From assembly GCA_019689775.1 (NCBI GenBank), contig JADGGV010000002.1, positions 1 to 46,973 of the forward strand: a stretch of 46,973 bases of DNA, read 5' to 3'. Positions 8,625 to 18,192 of this stretch are shown here, one piece after another. The DNA comes from Gemmatimonadota bacterium. Its GTDB lineage: Bacteria > Gemmatimonadota > Gemmatimonadetes > Longimicrobiales > RSA9. Position 1 is the stretch's first letter. Every line of letters begins with the position of its first letter. Position numbers and translations under genes: made by a program. The notes under the pieces were generated by a model. The model did not search any database. It worked only from the letters and a program-made list of their open reading frames with translations, and was not told the DNA's origin.

Positions 8625-8682
8625 GACGGCCTGCCCCCGGGCCGCGTCACGGCCCACCCCGCAACCTGGGTCGAAGGCACTC

Positions 8683-10350
8683 ATGCTCACGGACATTCAG
8701 ATCGCGCAGGCGGCACGACTCAAGCCGATCACGGACGTCGCGGCGGAACTCGGGCTCGGGGCGGACGACATCGAGACGTACGGCCGCTACAAGGCGAAGG
8801 TGCGGCTGGAGGCGATCCGCGCGCGCGAGCCGGGGCGCGGCCGGCTCGTCCTGGTGACCGGGACGAACCCGACGGCGGCCGGCGAGGGGAAATCGACGGT
8901 CTCGGTCGGGCTGGCGGATGGGCTGCGGCGCGTCGGCCGCCGGACCGTCCTCTGCCTGCGCCAGCCGAGCCTCGGCCCGGTCTTCGGCGTCAAGGGCGGC
9001 GCCACGGGCGGCGGCTACGCGCAGGTGGTGCCCATGGAGGACATCAACCTCCACTTCACCGGGGACTTCCACGCGATCACGACGGCGCACGCGCTCCTGT
9101 CCGCGCTGCTCGACAACCACCTGCACCAGGGGAACGCGCTCGGGCTGGACGTGCGCCGGATTACGTGGAAGCGCGCCGTCGACATGAACGACCGCGCGCT
9201 GCGCAGCCTGGTCGTCGGGCTGGGCGGCGCGGCGAACGGCGTCCCGCGCCAGGACGGCTTCATGATCACGGCCGCCTCCGAGGTCATGGCGATCCTGGCG
9301 CTCGCGCTCGATCGCGAGGACCTGGAGCGCCGCCTCGGCGCGATCATCGTCGGCTACACGGCCGACGGCGCGCCGGTCCGCGCGGCGCAGCTCGGCGCGC
9401 CGGGCGCGATGACGCTGCTGCTGAAGGACGCGATCCTGCCGAACCTCGTGCAGACGCTGGAGGGGACGCCGGCCTTCATCCACGCGGGGCCGTTCGGCAA
9501 CATCGCCCACGGCTGCAACTCGCTGATCGCGACGCGCGCCGGGCTCGCGCTCGGCGAGGTGGTCGTCACCGAAGCCGGCTTCGGCGCCGATCTCGGCGCC
9601 GAGAAATTCTTCGACATCAAGTGCCGCGCGGGCGGCCTCGAGCCGGGCGCCGCCGTCGTGGTGACGACGATCCGCGCGCTCAAGATGAACGGCGGCGCGC
9701 AGAAGAACGCGCTCGCGCAGGAGGACGTGACCGCGCTGCGGCGCGGGCTCCCGAACCTGGAGAAGCACGTCGAGAACGTCCGCAAGTTCGGCGTCCCGCC
9801 CGTCGTCGCGCTGAACCGTTTCGCCACCGACACGCCGGCCGAGATCGAGACGCTGCTGGAGGCGTGCCGGGAGGCGGACGTTCCCGTGGCGGTGGCCGAC
9901 GTGCATGCCCGGGGCGGCGCCGGCGCCATCAAGTTGGCCGAGCTGGTGCTCGACACGCTCGACCGCGGCGAGGCGCGCTTCACGCCGCTCTACCCGCTCG
10001 AGCTGCCGCTCACGGCGAAGATCGAGACGATCGCCCGCGAGATCTACGGCGCCGACGGCGTCGACTACTCCCCGGCCGCCGAGCGCGAGCTGCGTCGCCT
10101 CGAGGCGATCGGCCTCGGCGGCGTCCCCGTCTGCATGGCGAAGACGCAGTACTCGCTCTCCGACAACCCGGCGCTCCTCGGCCGGCCGACCGGCTTCCGC
10201 ATCACGGTGCGTGAGGTGACCGCGTCGGCCGGCGCCGGCTTCGTCGTCGCGCAGACCGGCGAGATCATGACCATGCCCGGGCTCCCGAAGTACCCGGCGG
10301 CCGAGAAGATGCGGCTCGCGCCGGACGGCACGATCGAGGGGCTGTTCTAG
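8683..10350 (+). CDS. fhs: formate--tetrahydrofolate ligase
   Basis: Conserved N-terminus [16 protein letters not shown]-loop-like [11 protein letters not shown], and full-length FTHFS similarity (555 aa). The upstream 99 codons of the track ORF are Arg/Gly/Ala-rich and are rejected. Confidence 0.95.
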   Translation: MLTDIQIAQAARLKPITDVAAELGLGADDIETYGRYKAKVRLEAIRAREPGRGRLVLVTGTNPTAAGEGKSTVSVGLADGLRRVGRRTVLCLRQPSLGPVFGVKGGATGGGYAQVVPMEDINLHFTGDFHAITTAHALLSALLDNHLHQGNALGLDVRRITWKRAVDMNDRALRSLVVGLGGAANGVPRQDGFMITAASEVMAILALALDREDLERRLGAIIVGYTADGAPVRAAQLGAPGAMTLLLKDAILPNLVQTLEGTPAFIHAGPFGNIAHGCNSLIATRAGLALGEVVVTEAGFGADLGAEKFFDIKCRAGGLEPGAAVVVTTIRALKMNGGAQKNALAQEDVTALRRGLPNLEKHVENVRKFGVPPVVALNRFATDTPAEIETLLEACREADVPVAVADVHARGGAGAIKLAELVLDTLDRGEARFTPLYPLELPLTAKIETIAREIYGADGVDYSPAAERELRRLEAIGLGGVPVCMAKTQYSLSDNPALLGRPTGFRITVREVTASAGAGFVVAQTGEIMTMPGLPKYPAAEKMRLAPDGTIEGLF

Positions 10351-10370
10351 GCACGGGCGCGCTCCGCCGC

Positions 10371-10850
10371 CTAGGGCAGCGTCTCCGGCTCCTCCGCCTC
10401 GTCCTCCGGCAGCGGCGCGCCCGCCGGCGCCGGCTGGCGCGTCCAGCGCCGGGCGGCCACGAACAGCCCGGCGCCGCCGCCCACGACGAGCAGGACGGGG
10501 AGCACGTAGACCATGAGGTTCGCGCCGCGCGGCGCGGGCTCGAGGAGGATCCACTCGGAGTACTTGCTGACGAAGTACGCCTTGACCTCCTCGGGCGTCT
10601 TCCCGGCCTCGAGCTGGTCGCGGATGACCTGGCGCATCTGCTGGGCGAGCTCGGACGGCGAGTCCTGGAGCGAGAGCCCCTGACAGACCGGGCAGCGCAG
10701 CTCCGAGGCGATCTGCCGGACCTGCTCGCCGATGATGCTGTCGCGGGCCGTGGTCGCGCCGGCGACGGGCGGCGCGCCCTGCGCCGGGGCGCCGGCCTGG
10801 ACGGGCGCAACGGCCGCGACGAGCGCCAACAGCGCGGCGGCGAGGCTCAT
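10371..10850 (-). CDS. ccmH: cytochrome c-type biogenesis protein CcmH
   Basis: Signal peptide, then the LRCPVCQG (CXXC) motif and a C-terminal TM helix. The start overlaps the ccmG stop (ATGA). Confidence 0.85.
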   Translation of the reverse strand: MSLAAALLALVAAVAPVQAGAPAQGAPPVAGATTARDSIIGEQVRQIASELRCPVCQGLSLQDSPSELAQQMRQVIRDQLEAGKTPEEVKAYFVSKYSEWILLEPAPRGANLMVYVLPVLLVVGGGAGLFVAARRWTRQPAPAGAPLPEDEAEEPETLP

Positions 10851-11389
10851 CGCGCGGCCTCCCGCTTCCCGAGGAGCGGGTCCACGTACCGCGTGAACGT
10901 CTCCGGCGTCACGGGCCCGACCTGCTTGTACACCACCCGCCCGTCCGGCCCGATGATGAACGTCTCCGGCACGCCGTAGAGCCCGTAGTCGATCGCGGTG
11001 CGCGTCTGCGGGTCGAGCAGCGTCGGGTAGCTCTGCCCGCCCATCTCGGCGATGTAGGCGGCGCCGTTCTCGGGCGTGTCGTTGTAGAGCACGCCGTAGA
11101 AGCGGACGCCGCGCGGGCCGTAGCGGGCCGCGGCCTCGCGCAGCACCTCGTGCTCGCTGCGGCACGCCAAGCACCACGACGCCCAGAAGTTCAGCACCAC
11201 GACCTGGCCCTTCAGGTCCGCCAGCCGGACCGTGTCCGCCGTGCCCATGGCGTTCAGCGCGAACGGCGGCGCCGGCCGGCCCGGCAGCGGCGACGGGATC
11301 GCCTTCGGGTCCTGCCCCATCCCGTAGTAGAAGAGCCCCACGACCGGCACCACGGCCGCCGCGGCGACCAGCGAGCGCTTCCAGTTCAT
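10847..11389 (-). CDS. ccmG: thiol:disulfide interchange protein CcmG/DsbE
   Basis: N-terminal anchor. Thioredoxin-fold motif NFWASWCLACRSEH and GVPETFIIGPDG. The start overlaps the ccmF stop. Confidence 0.88.
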   Translation of the reverse strand: MNWKRSLVAAAAVVPVVGLFYYGMGQDPKAIPSPLPGRPAPPFALNAMGTADTVRLADLKGQVVVLNFWASWCLACRSEHEVLREAAARYGPRGVRFYGVLYNDTPENGAAYIAEMGGQSYPTLLDPQTRTAIDYGLYGVPETFIIGPDGRVVYKQVGPVTPETFTRYVDPLLGKREAAR

Positions 11390-13362
11390 ACGCGGACCAC
11401 CTTCCTGCTGCGAACGCGCGCGCCGGTCGGGATCGTGCCGATGGCGGCGCCGAGCGCCACGATCAGGCCGCCGATCCAGATCCAGGCGACGAGCGGCTCG
11501 ACGATCACGTGCACGGTGGCGGAGGAGCCGTCGCGCTCGAACGCGAGGAGGTTGATGTAGAGGTCGTCGTCGAGCCGCGTGCGCACGGCCGGCGTCGTGA
11601 TCGGCTCGCCGCCGTTGCGGTAGAAGTTCAGCCGCGGCGTCAGCGTGCGATACGGCCGGCCGCGGGCGTCGAGGGCGGCGATGTCGGCGCCGACGACGAA
11701 GCGCTGCGGCTCGTCCTTCGCCCAGAGCCCGTCGAAGCGGACCGTGTACCCCCGCACGGTCACCGTCTGCCCCGGCTTGAGCGTGACCTCGCGCTCGAAG
11801 CGGTACGCGGCGGAGGCCGCGATCCCCGTGGCGACGGCGAGCACGCCGAGGTGCGCGATATAGCCGCCGTAGCGGCGCCGGTTGGCGCCGATCAGCCGCA
11901 GCAGCGCCCGCGGCGCGCTCTCGCCGTGGGCGCGCATCCGCGCCCGCGCGCCGGTGACGAACTCCTGCACGTTCGAGACGAGCGCGAACGCCGCGAACGC
12001 GAACGCGAGCACCGCGTAGAACGACGGCACGCGCAGCGCGAGCGCGAGCGCGGCGACGACGCCGGCCGCGACGGCCGCCGGCAGCAGCCGCCGCCCGAGC
12101 ACGTCGGCGCCCGCGCCGCGCCACGGCAGCGCCGGGCCGACGCCGAGCAGGAACAGCAGCGTGACGATGATCGGCAGCGACATGCGGTTGAAGAACGGCC
12201 CGCCGACGCTGACCTTCACGCCGCGCACCGCCTCGGCGACGAGCGGGAAGAGCGTGCCGAGCAGCACGGTGAAGCAGAACGCGCTGAGCAGGAGGTTGTT
12301 GATCAGGAACGTGAACTCGCGCGAGGCGAGGCGGTCCAGGTGCCCCGCCGTCTTCAGCTCGGCGCTGCGCCCCGCCAGCAGCACGAGCGACACGAGGAGC
12401 ACGAGCGCGATGAAGCCGAGGAAGTAGTAGCCGATCGGGCCGTTCGCGAAGGCGTGCACCGACGAGAGGATGCCGCTGCGCGTCAGGAACGTGCCGAGGA
12501 TCGTCAGCAAGAACGTGGCGATGATGAGCGTGAGGTTCCACACCCGCAGCATGCCGCGCCGCTCCTGCACCATCACCGAGTGGAGGAACGCGGTGGCCGT
12601 GAGCCACGGCATGAACGACGCGTTCTCGACCGGGTCCCACGCCCAGTAGCCGCCCCAGCCGAGGACCTCGTACGACCACCACATCCCGGCGACGATCGCG
12701 AGCGACAGGAAGATCCACGCGGTCATCGTCCAGCGCCGCGTCGCCTTCAGCCAGACGTCGTCGAGGCGGCCGGAGATGAGCGCGCCGATCGCGAAGGCGA
12801 ACGGCACTGTCATGCCGACGTACCCGACGTAGAGGAACGGCGGGTGGACGGCCATGAGCGGATGGTTCTGGAGGAGCGGGTTCGGCCCCGGCCCGTCCGC
12901 CGGCACCGGGAAGACGGCGCCGAACGGGTTCGCGACGCCCGTCAGCAAGAGGTAGAAGAAGATCCCGACGGCGTGCAGCGTCGCGAGCGCGTAGCTGCCG
13001 AGCGAGCCCAGGCGGCCGCGCGTAAAGTAGACGACGCTCGCCGTGTAGACCGAGAGGACGAAGCCCCAGAACAGGATCGACCCCTCGAGCGCGCTCCACA
13101 GCGAGATGATCGTGAAGAACGTCGGCGTGGCGCGGCTGCCCACCTGCGCGACGTACGAGATGCTGAAGTCGTGCGTCAGCAGCGCGTACACCATGGCGAG
13201 CGTGGCCAGCGTCAGCAGCCCGCAGTTGGCGTACGCCGCCGCCTGCGAGCTGCGGATCAGCGCGCCGTCGCGCCGCCGCACCCCGACCACGGCGGCGACG
13301 GCGCCGTAGACCGCGAGCGCGAGCGCGACCACGATGGCGGTCGAGCCGAGGATGCGTGTCAC
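11386..13362 (-). CDS. ccmF: cytochrome c heme lyase subunit CcmF
   Basis: 658-aa polytopic protein with the WWD-type tryptophan-rich motif WGGYWAWDPVENASFMPWL. GTG start overlaps the ccmE stop (GTGA). Confidence 0.95.
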   Translation of the reverse strand: MTRILGSTAIVVALALAVYGAVAAVVGVRRRDGALIRSSQAAAYANCGLLTLATLAMVYALLTHDFSISYVAQVGSRATPTFFTIISLWSALEGSILFWGFVLSVYTASVVYFTRGRLGSLGSYALATLHAVGIFFYLLLTGVANPFGAVFPVPADGPGPNPLLQNHPLMAVHPPFLYVGYVGMTVPFAFAIGALISGRLDDVWLKATRRWTMTAWIFLSLAIVAGMWWSYEVLGWGGYWAWDPVENASFMPWLTATAFLHSVMVQERRGMLRVWNLTLIIATFLLTILGTFLTRSGILSSVHAFANGPIGYYFLGFIALVLLVSLVLLAGRSAELKTAGHLDRLASREFTFLINNLLLSAFCFTVLLGTLFPLVAEAVRGVKVSVGGPFFNRMSLPIIVTLLFLLGVGPALPWRGAGADVLGRRLLPAAVAAGVVAALALALRVPSFYAVLAFAFAAFALVSNVQEFVTGARARMRAHGESAPRALLRLIGANRRRYGGYIAHLGVLAVATGIAASAAYRFEREVTLKPGQTVTVRGYTVRFDGLWAKDEPQRFVVGADIAALDARGRPYRTLTPRLNFYRNGGEPITTPAVRTRLDDDLYINLLAFERDGSSATVHVIVEPLVAWIWIGGLIVALGAAIGTIPTGARVRSRKVVRV

Positions 13363-13808
13363 GAGGTCCCCGCTTCCTTCACCAGGCTCCGGTACATCTC
13401 CTGCGGCACGTGGCCCGGCGCCGGCGGCCGGTACTCATTCGAGTGCTTGACCATGAGGTTGCTCGCGTCGAAGATGCCGGCGCGCGTCAGCTTCCCCTCG
13501 ACCACGACGCCCTGGCCGTCGCGGAACATCTGCGGCGGGGCCTTGCGGGCGTGCACCTCGATCGTCCCCTTCCCATCCGTCATGCGGAACCGCAGGTCGA
13601 TCGCCTCCGCGTTCCACGTCACGGAGCCGGGGACGACCATGCCGCCGAGCCGGACCGGCGAGTCGATCGCGGCCGCGCCCTTGGCCTTCAGCTCCGACGG
13701 CGTCAGGAAGTACACCAGGTTGTTGCCGATCCCGCCGTAGACCAGGTAGCCGAACCCGGCCAGGACGAGCACCGCCCCGACGAGGAGGACCAGCCGCTTC
13801 GCGTTCAT
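13359..13808 (-). CDS. ccmE: cytochrome c maturation heme chaperone CcmE
   Basis: N-terminal anchor, OB-fold body and a heme-binding region (LMVKHSNEYRPP). Confidence 0.92.
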   Translation of the reverse strand: MNAKRLVLLVGAVLVLAGFGYLVYGGIGNNLVYFLTPSELKAKGAAAIDSPVRLGGMVVPGSVTWNAEAIDLRFRMTDGKGTIEVHARKAPPQMFRDGQGVVVEGKLTRAGIFDASNLMVKHSNEYRPPAPGHVPQEMYRSLVKEAGTS

Positions 13809-13939
13809 CGCGCGCCGCCCTCCTTCCGCGCGAGTGCGGCGGCCTCGCGGCGCCGCGCGCCCAGGTAGAGCCGGAACGCCCCTAGCACGACCCAGACGGC
13901 GCCGTAGGCCAGGGCGACGAACTCCCAGTTCTCAGACAT
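13805..13939 (-). CDS. ccmD: heme exporter protein CcmD (44 aa, not in the supplied ORF track)
   Basis: Manual translation gives MSENWEFVALAYGAVWVVLGAFRLYLGARRREAAALARKEGGAR, a single TM helix followed by a basic tail. Its ATG overlaps the ccmC stop by 8 nt and its TGA overlaps the ccmE ATG (ATGA). The position between ccmC and ccmE is canonical. Confidence 0.7.
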   Translation of the reverse strand: MSENWEFVALAYGAVWVVLGAFRLYLGARRREAAALARKEGGAR

Positions 13940-14663
13940 GGACCCCCTCCGTTTGCGGCCGCAGCGCGCGCTCCTCGACGCTTTCCTCGATATCCCGCGT
14001 CAGTCGAGCGACACGGTAGCGCGAGGCGGCGAACCAGATCAGGATGAAGAGGAACGCGAACGCGTTCAGCCGGAGAAAGAGGACGTATTGTGGATCGACC
14101 GTCGACGGGCTCGACTGGATCTGATGCAGCGTGCGCCACCAGCGGACGGACATGTAAACGATGTAGGTGTTCAGAAAGCCGAGCGCCGCGATGGCGGCGC
14201 TCCAGCGGGCGCGGCGCATCTCGTCATCGGTCATGGCGCGCAGCGCCAGGTAGCCGGCATACATGATGAACAACACGGCCTCGCTGGTGAGGCGGGCGTC
14301 CCACGTCCACCAGATCCCCCACGTCGGCCGCCCCCAGATGCTGCCGGTCAACAGCGCGAGGCCGGTGAAGACGATGCCGGCCTCGGCCGTCGCAGCGGCC
14401 ATCAGGTCCCACTTCAGGTCGCGCTTCCAGAGGAACATGACGCCGAAGCCGAAGACGATCGCGTAGGCGAGCAGGCTCATCCACGCCGACGGCACGTGCA
14501 CGTACATGATCTTCTGGAGGTGCCCCATGTCGCGGTCGGGCGGCGTCAGGAGCAGCCCGCCGGCCTGGCTCGCGAGGAAGAAGAGGAGCGCGAACCAACC
14601 GAAGAACTGCAATCCTCGCGGCCGCAGCACCCGCGCGGCGTCGAATCCCGTGCCCATGCTCAT
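13932..14663 (-). CDS. ccmC: heme exporter protein CcmC
   Basis: Polytopic protein with the tryptophan-rich motif GSIWGRPTWGIWWTWDARLT. Only the last 243 codons of track ORF 13932..15701 are real. Confidence 0.92.
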   Translation of the reverse strand: MSMGTGFDAARVLRPRGLQFFGWFALLFFLASQAGGLLLTPPDRDMGHLQKIMYVHVPSAWMSLLAYAIVFGFGVMFLWKRDLKWDLMAAATAEAGIVFTGLALLTGSIWGRPTWGIWWTWDARLTSEAVLFIMYAGYLALRAMTDDEMRRARWSAAIAALGFLNTYIVYMSVRWWRTLHQIQSSPSTVDPQYVLFLRLNAFAFLFILIWFAASRYRVARLTRDIEESVEERALRPQTEGVHV

Positions 14664-15346
14664 TCCTCGATGACGTACTCGAAGGCGAAGAAGGAAGCCA
14701 CCAGGAAGATCACGTCGAACACAACCAGCAGGCGGATCCAGGAGCCCGCATCTCCCATGAGGTCGCGCGCGAGCAGCGCCTTGGTGGCCTCGACGGCGGC
14801 GAGCAGCAGCGGCACGAGCATCGGGAAGAGGAGGAGCGGGAGCAGGACCTCCCGGGCGCGCGCGCGGCTGGCCATCGCGGCGTAGAACGTGCCGAGCGTC
14901 ACGAAGCCGAGCGTCCCGAGGATGATCACGCCGAAGAGGCCGGGCCCGGGACGGAAGAGCGGGAGGTCGTAGAGCACCGCGGCGAGTGGGACGAGCACCA
15001 GCTCGACGAGCAGCAGGAACGCCAGGTTCGCGAGCAGCTTGCCGAGGAAGAGCGCGCGGCGGTCGCCGGGGTAGAGCAGGAGCGCCTCCAGCGCGCCGCC
15101 CTCCAGCTCCATCTCGTACGAGCGGTTGAAGGAGAGCACGCCGCCGAAGAGCACGGTCAGCCAGAGCACGCCGGCGGCCGCGCCGCGCAGCGCATCGTTG
15201 TCGGGCCCCAGCGCGAAGCCGAAGAGGAGCAGCACGAGCGCGGCGAAGAACAGCACCGCGTTGAAGTTCGCCTTCGTGCGCCGCTCCGCGGTCAGGTCCT
15301 TCCACGCGATCGCGCGGGCGCGAGCGAGTTCGCTGGCCACGCTCAT
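14660..15346 (-). CDS. ccmB: heme exporter permease CcmB
   Basis: 228-aa six-TM-like hydrophobic protein lying between ccmA and ccmC, with overlapping start and stop codons. Confidence 0.9.
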   Translation of the reverse strand: MSVASELARARAIAWKDLTAERRTKANFNAVLFFAALVLLLFGFALGPDNDALRGAAAGVLWLTVLFGGVLSFNRSYEMELEGGALEALLLYPGDRRALFLGKLLANLAFLLLVELVLVPLAAVLYDLPLFRPGPGLFGVIILGTLGFVTLGTFYAAMASRARAREVLLPLLLFPMLVPLLLAAVEATKALLARDLMGDAGSWIRLLVVFDVIFLVASFFAFEYVIEE

Positions 15347-16095
15347 CGGGCGCCTCCGGCGGCGGAGTGGACCGCCTCCTCGGCGACGTCGCCGCCGGCG
15401 CGCTCGATGCGCAGGTCCAGATCGGCGGGCGCGCCCTCGTAGAGCTGGCCGTCGAGGATGTGGACGACGCGGTCGGCGACGGGGAGCGCGCGCTCCAGGT
15501 CGTGCGTCGAGATGATCGCGGCGCCGCCGGCCGCGGTGACCTGGCGCACGAAGTCGTTGACCTTGCGGATCCCGTCCACGTCGAAGGCGGCGTACGGCTC
15601 GTCGAGCAGGAGCAGTCGGGGCGGGCGCAGCACCAGCCGCGCGAGCGCGAGGCGGCGGCGCATCCCGGCCGAGTAGGTGCGGACGCGCTCGTCGCCCGCA
15701 TCGGCGAGGCCGACCTCGGCGAGCGCGTCCTCGATGGCTGCGCGGTCGGGTCTCCTGCCGCACATCCGGAGCGCGAACTTCAGGTTCTCGACGCCCGTCA
15801 GGTCCTCGTAGAGCCCGGCGGCGTGGCCGAGGACGCCGACCAGCTCGCGCACCCGCGCGCCGGCGCGGCGGAGGTCGTGCCCGAAGACACGACCCGCGCC
15901 CCGCGTCGGCGACAGCGCGGTCGAGACGATGCGCAGCAGCGTCGTTTTGCCGCTGCCGTTCCGCCCCATGAGCGCCACGGTTTCGCCCGGCTCGACCCGC
16001 AGCGAGACTCCGCGCAGGACCCAGCGGCGCCCGAACCTGCGGGCGATCCCCTGGAGGTCCGCGGCGGGGTCCGCCGCGCCCGTCGAAGTCTGCAC
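15343..16095 (-). CDS. ccmA: heme ABC exporter ATPase CcmA
   Basis: Walker A GRNGSGKTTLL, ABC signature YSAGMRRRL, Walker B LLLLDEP. GTG start at 16095 is preceded by GAAGGAG. Confidence 0.9.
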   Translation of the reverse strand: MQTSTGAADPAADLQGIARRFGRRWVLRGVSLRVEPGETVALMGRNGSGKTTLLRIVSTALSPTRGAGRVFGHDLRRAGARVRELVGVLGHAAGLYEDLTGVENLKFALRMCGRRPDRAAIEDALAEVGLADAGDERVRTYSAGMRRRLALARLVLRPPRLLLLDEPYAAFDVDGIRKVNDFVRQVTAAGGAAIISTHDLERALPVADRVVHILDGQLYEGAPADLDLRIERAGGDVAEEAVHSAAGGAR

Positions 16096-16386
16096 GTCAG
16101 CTCCTTCGTCGTAAGTCCAGCGTCGGGCGAGATTTCGTGCCGGGATTATACCCATGACCCCCGCCGCGTTCAACCTGCGCCGCCCGAGCGCCCCCCACGC
16201 CATCCTCGCTGCCCAATGCTAGACCCGGAACCCGCACGATTCTGTCGGGGATCGTGCCGAACGTCGCCGGGCACCTCCCACCGTGGCGGGCTGCGGGTCG
16301 TGGGGGATTTCCCGACAGCCGCCGGCCGGCTGAGCGCGCGTCGGGAATCCGCCACCGGGCGCGGCGCCGCGGCCCGCCGACCCCCC

Positions 16387-16420
16387 GAAAACACGAAACC
16401 CCCGGCCGGCGCCGGGGGGG
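16387..16420 (-). terminator. rho-independent terminator after pntB
   Basis: Perfect 8-bp GC stem (16399-16406 / 16411-18) with a 4-nt loop. On the minus strand it is followed by UUUCGUGUUUUC. It lies 37 nt past the pntB stop. Confidence 0.65.
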
Positions 16421-16456
16421 CCGCGTCACGTCGGGCGAGCGCCGGGGGCGCGGCGC

Positions 16457-17884
16457 TCACACCATCGCCATGGACTTCACCGACTGGAGCACCTCCTCCA
16501 GCCGCTTGCGGGCGTCGCCGAACAGCATCTTCGTCTTCGGGTGGTAGAACAGCTCGTTGTCCACGCCGGCGAAGCCCGGGTTCATGCTGCGCTTGAGCAC
16601 GATGACGTTCGCGGCCGCATCCGCGTCGATGATCGGCATGCCGAAGAGCGGGCTGCTGCGGTCGTGGCGCGCCGCGGGGTTGACGGTGTCGTTGGCGCCG
16701 ACGACCAGGGCGATGTCCGCGGAGCGTAGGAACGAGTTGGCGTCCTCCAGCTCGAGCTGCGCGTCGTAGCTGACGTTCGACTCGGCGAGCACGACCGACA
16801 TGTGCCCCGGCATGCGGCCCGCCACCGGGTGGATCGCGAAGCGCACGGCGACGCCGCGCTTCTCGAGCTCGTCGGCCAGCTCGCGCACGACGTGCTGCGC
16901 CTGCGCGACCGCGAGCCCGTACCCCGGAATGATGACGACGCTGCGCGCGAATGCCAGCGCGACCGCCAGGTCCTCGGCGCTCGTCTCCTTGACGACCGCC
17001 GGCGCGCCGCCCGGCCCGCGCCCGTTCGCCGAGGCGACGGCGGCGCCGCCGCCGAACGCGCCGAACAGCACGTTCGAGATCGGCCGGTTCATCGCCCGGC
17101 TCATGAGGAGCGTGAGCAGCGTGCCGGAGGCGCCGACGAGGGCGCCGGCCACGATCAGGATCTGGTTGTCGACGACGAAGCCCGTCAACGCCGCGGCCAT
17201 CCCGGTGAACGAGTTCAGCAGCGAGATGACGACCGGCATGTCGGCGCCGCCGATCGGCAGCACGGCCGTCGCGCCGACGAGGAGCGCGAGGGCCAGCACG
17301 CCCCAGAGCGCCGCGGTCCCGCCCGCGCCAAGCACGACGAGCACGCCGAGCCCGAGGATCCCGACCGCCACCAGCAGGTTGAGCTGCATCTGGAACGGCC
17401 AGCGCAGCGGCTTGTCCGTCATCAGCTCCTGGAGCTTCAGGAACGCGACGATGCTGCCGCTGAACGAGATCGCGCCGATGGCGGTGCCGAGCACGATGGA
17501 GGCGAGCTCGCCGGCGCCGCCGCTCCCGCCGCCCGTCCCCGCGGCCAACCGGAGGAACTCCGCGAGGCTGACGAGCGCGGCCGTCGCGCCGCCCATCCCG
17601 TTGAACAGCGCCACCATCTGCGGCATGGCCGTCATCTTCACGGTCCGCCCGAAGTAGATGCCGATGGCGGCGCCGACGATCGTGCCGACGATGATGGACG
17701 TGAAGGAGACGATCTGGCGGTCGAGGAGCGTGACGGCGAGGGCGATCGTCATGCCGATCGCGGCGAGCTGGTTCCCGCTCCGCGCCGTGGTCGGCGAGCT
17801 GAGGCGCTTGAGCCCGAAGATGAAGAGGATGGCCGAGACGAAGTAGCTGAGGCCGATCAGGCTGGCACGCAGGTCGTAGATCAC
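16457..17884 (-). CDS. pntB: NAD(P) transhydrogenase subunit beta
   Basis: N-terminal polytopic domain plus a C-terminal NADP(H)-binding domain III (VIIPGYGLAVAQAQH, GANDTVNP). GTG start overlaps the upstream stop (GTGA). Confidence 0.95.
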   Translation of the reverse strand: MIYDLRASLIGLSYFVSAILFIFGLKRLSSPTTARSGNQLAAIGMTIALAVTLLDRQIVSFTSIIVGTIVGAAIGIYFGRTVKMTAMPQMVALFNGMGGATAALVSLAEFLRLAAGTGGGSGGAGELASIVLGTAIGAISFSGSIVAFLKLQELMTDKPLRWPFQMQLNLLVAVGILGLGVLVVLGAGGTAALWGVLALALLVGATAVLPIGGADMPVVISLLNSFTGMAAALTGFVVDNQILIVAGALVGASGTLLTLLMSRAMNRPISNVLFGAFGGGAAVASANGRGPGGAPAVVKETSAEDLAVALAFARSVVIIPGYGLAVAQAQHVVRELADELEKRGVAVRFAIHPVAGRMPGHMSVVLAESNVSYDAQLELEDANSFLRSADIALVVGANDTVNPAARHDRSSPLFGMPIIDADAAANVIVLKRSMNPGFAGVDNELFYHPKTKMLFGDARKRLEEVLQSVKSMAMV

Positions 17885-18192
17885 GGCTGCCTCTCCCGCG
17901 TCCCGGGCTGCGGTTTCTTGCGGAACATCTCGAGCATCCGGTCGGTGACGACGAAGCCGCCGAAGACGTTGGCGGCGCCGAGGACGACGGCCAGGAAGCC
18001 GAGCGCGTGCAGCAGCGGCGTGTCGGCGCTCCCGGCCACGAGCATCGCGCCGAGCAGCACGATGCCGTGGATCGCGTTCGTGCCGCTCATGAGCGGCGTG
18101 TGCAGGATGGACGGCACCCGCGCGATGACCTCGAAGCCGACGAAGATCGCCAGCACGAAGACATACGCACCCAACAGGATCTCGGGACTCAC
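17881..18192 (-). CDS. pntAB: NAD(P) transhydrogenase subunit alpha part 2 (membrane)
   Basis: 103-aa protein of about three TM helices between pntAA and pntB, in the typical split-alpha arrangement. Confidence 0.9.
   Translation of the reverse strand: MSPEILLGAYVFVLAIFVGFEVIARVPSILHTPLMSGTNAIHGIVLLGAMLVAGSADTPLLHALGFLAVVLGAANVFGGFVVTDRMLEMFRKKPQPGTRERQP

Noticed and set aside
8386-8682. 99-codon N-terminal extension of fhs, and a possible ZTP (pfl) or THF riboswitch upstream of fhs
   Set aside because: The extension is Arg/Gly/Ala junk, and the conserved FTHFS N-terminus begins at 8683. I looked for the pfl-motif cores (UGACUGGCG ... CCGCCUGGGC) and found only loose resemblance (cgtgacgcacc ... 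ccgcaacctgggtc). That is not enough to call a riboswitch.
10847-13099. 750-aa ORF extending ccmG upstream
   Set aside because: Only the last 180 codons (from MNWKRS, ATG 11389) look like CcmG/DsbE. The remainder overlaps ccmF out of frame. The same reasoning was applied to 13932..15701, 14660..15763, 20630..22399 and 25114..27630.
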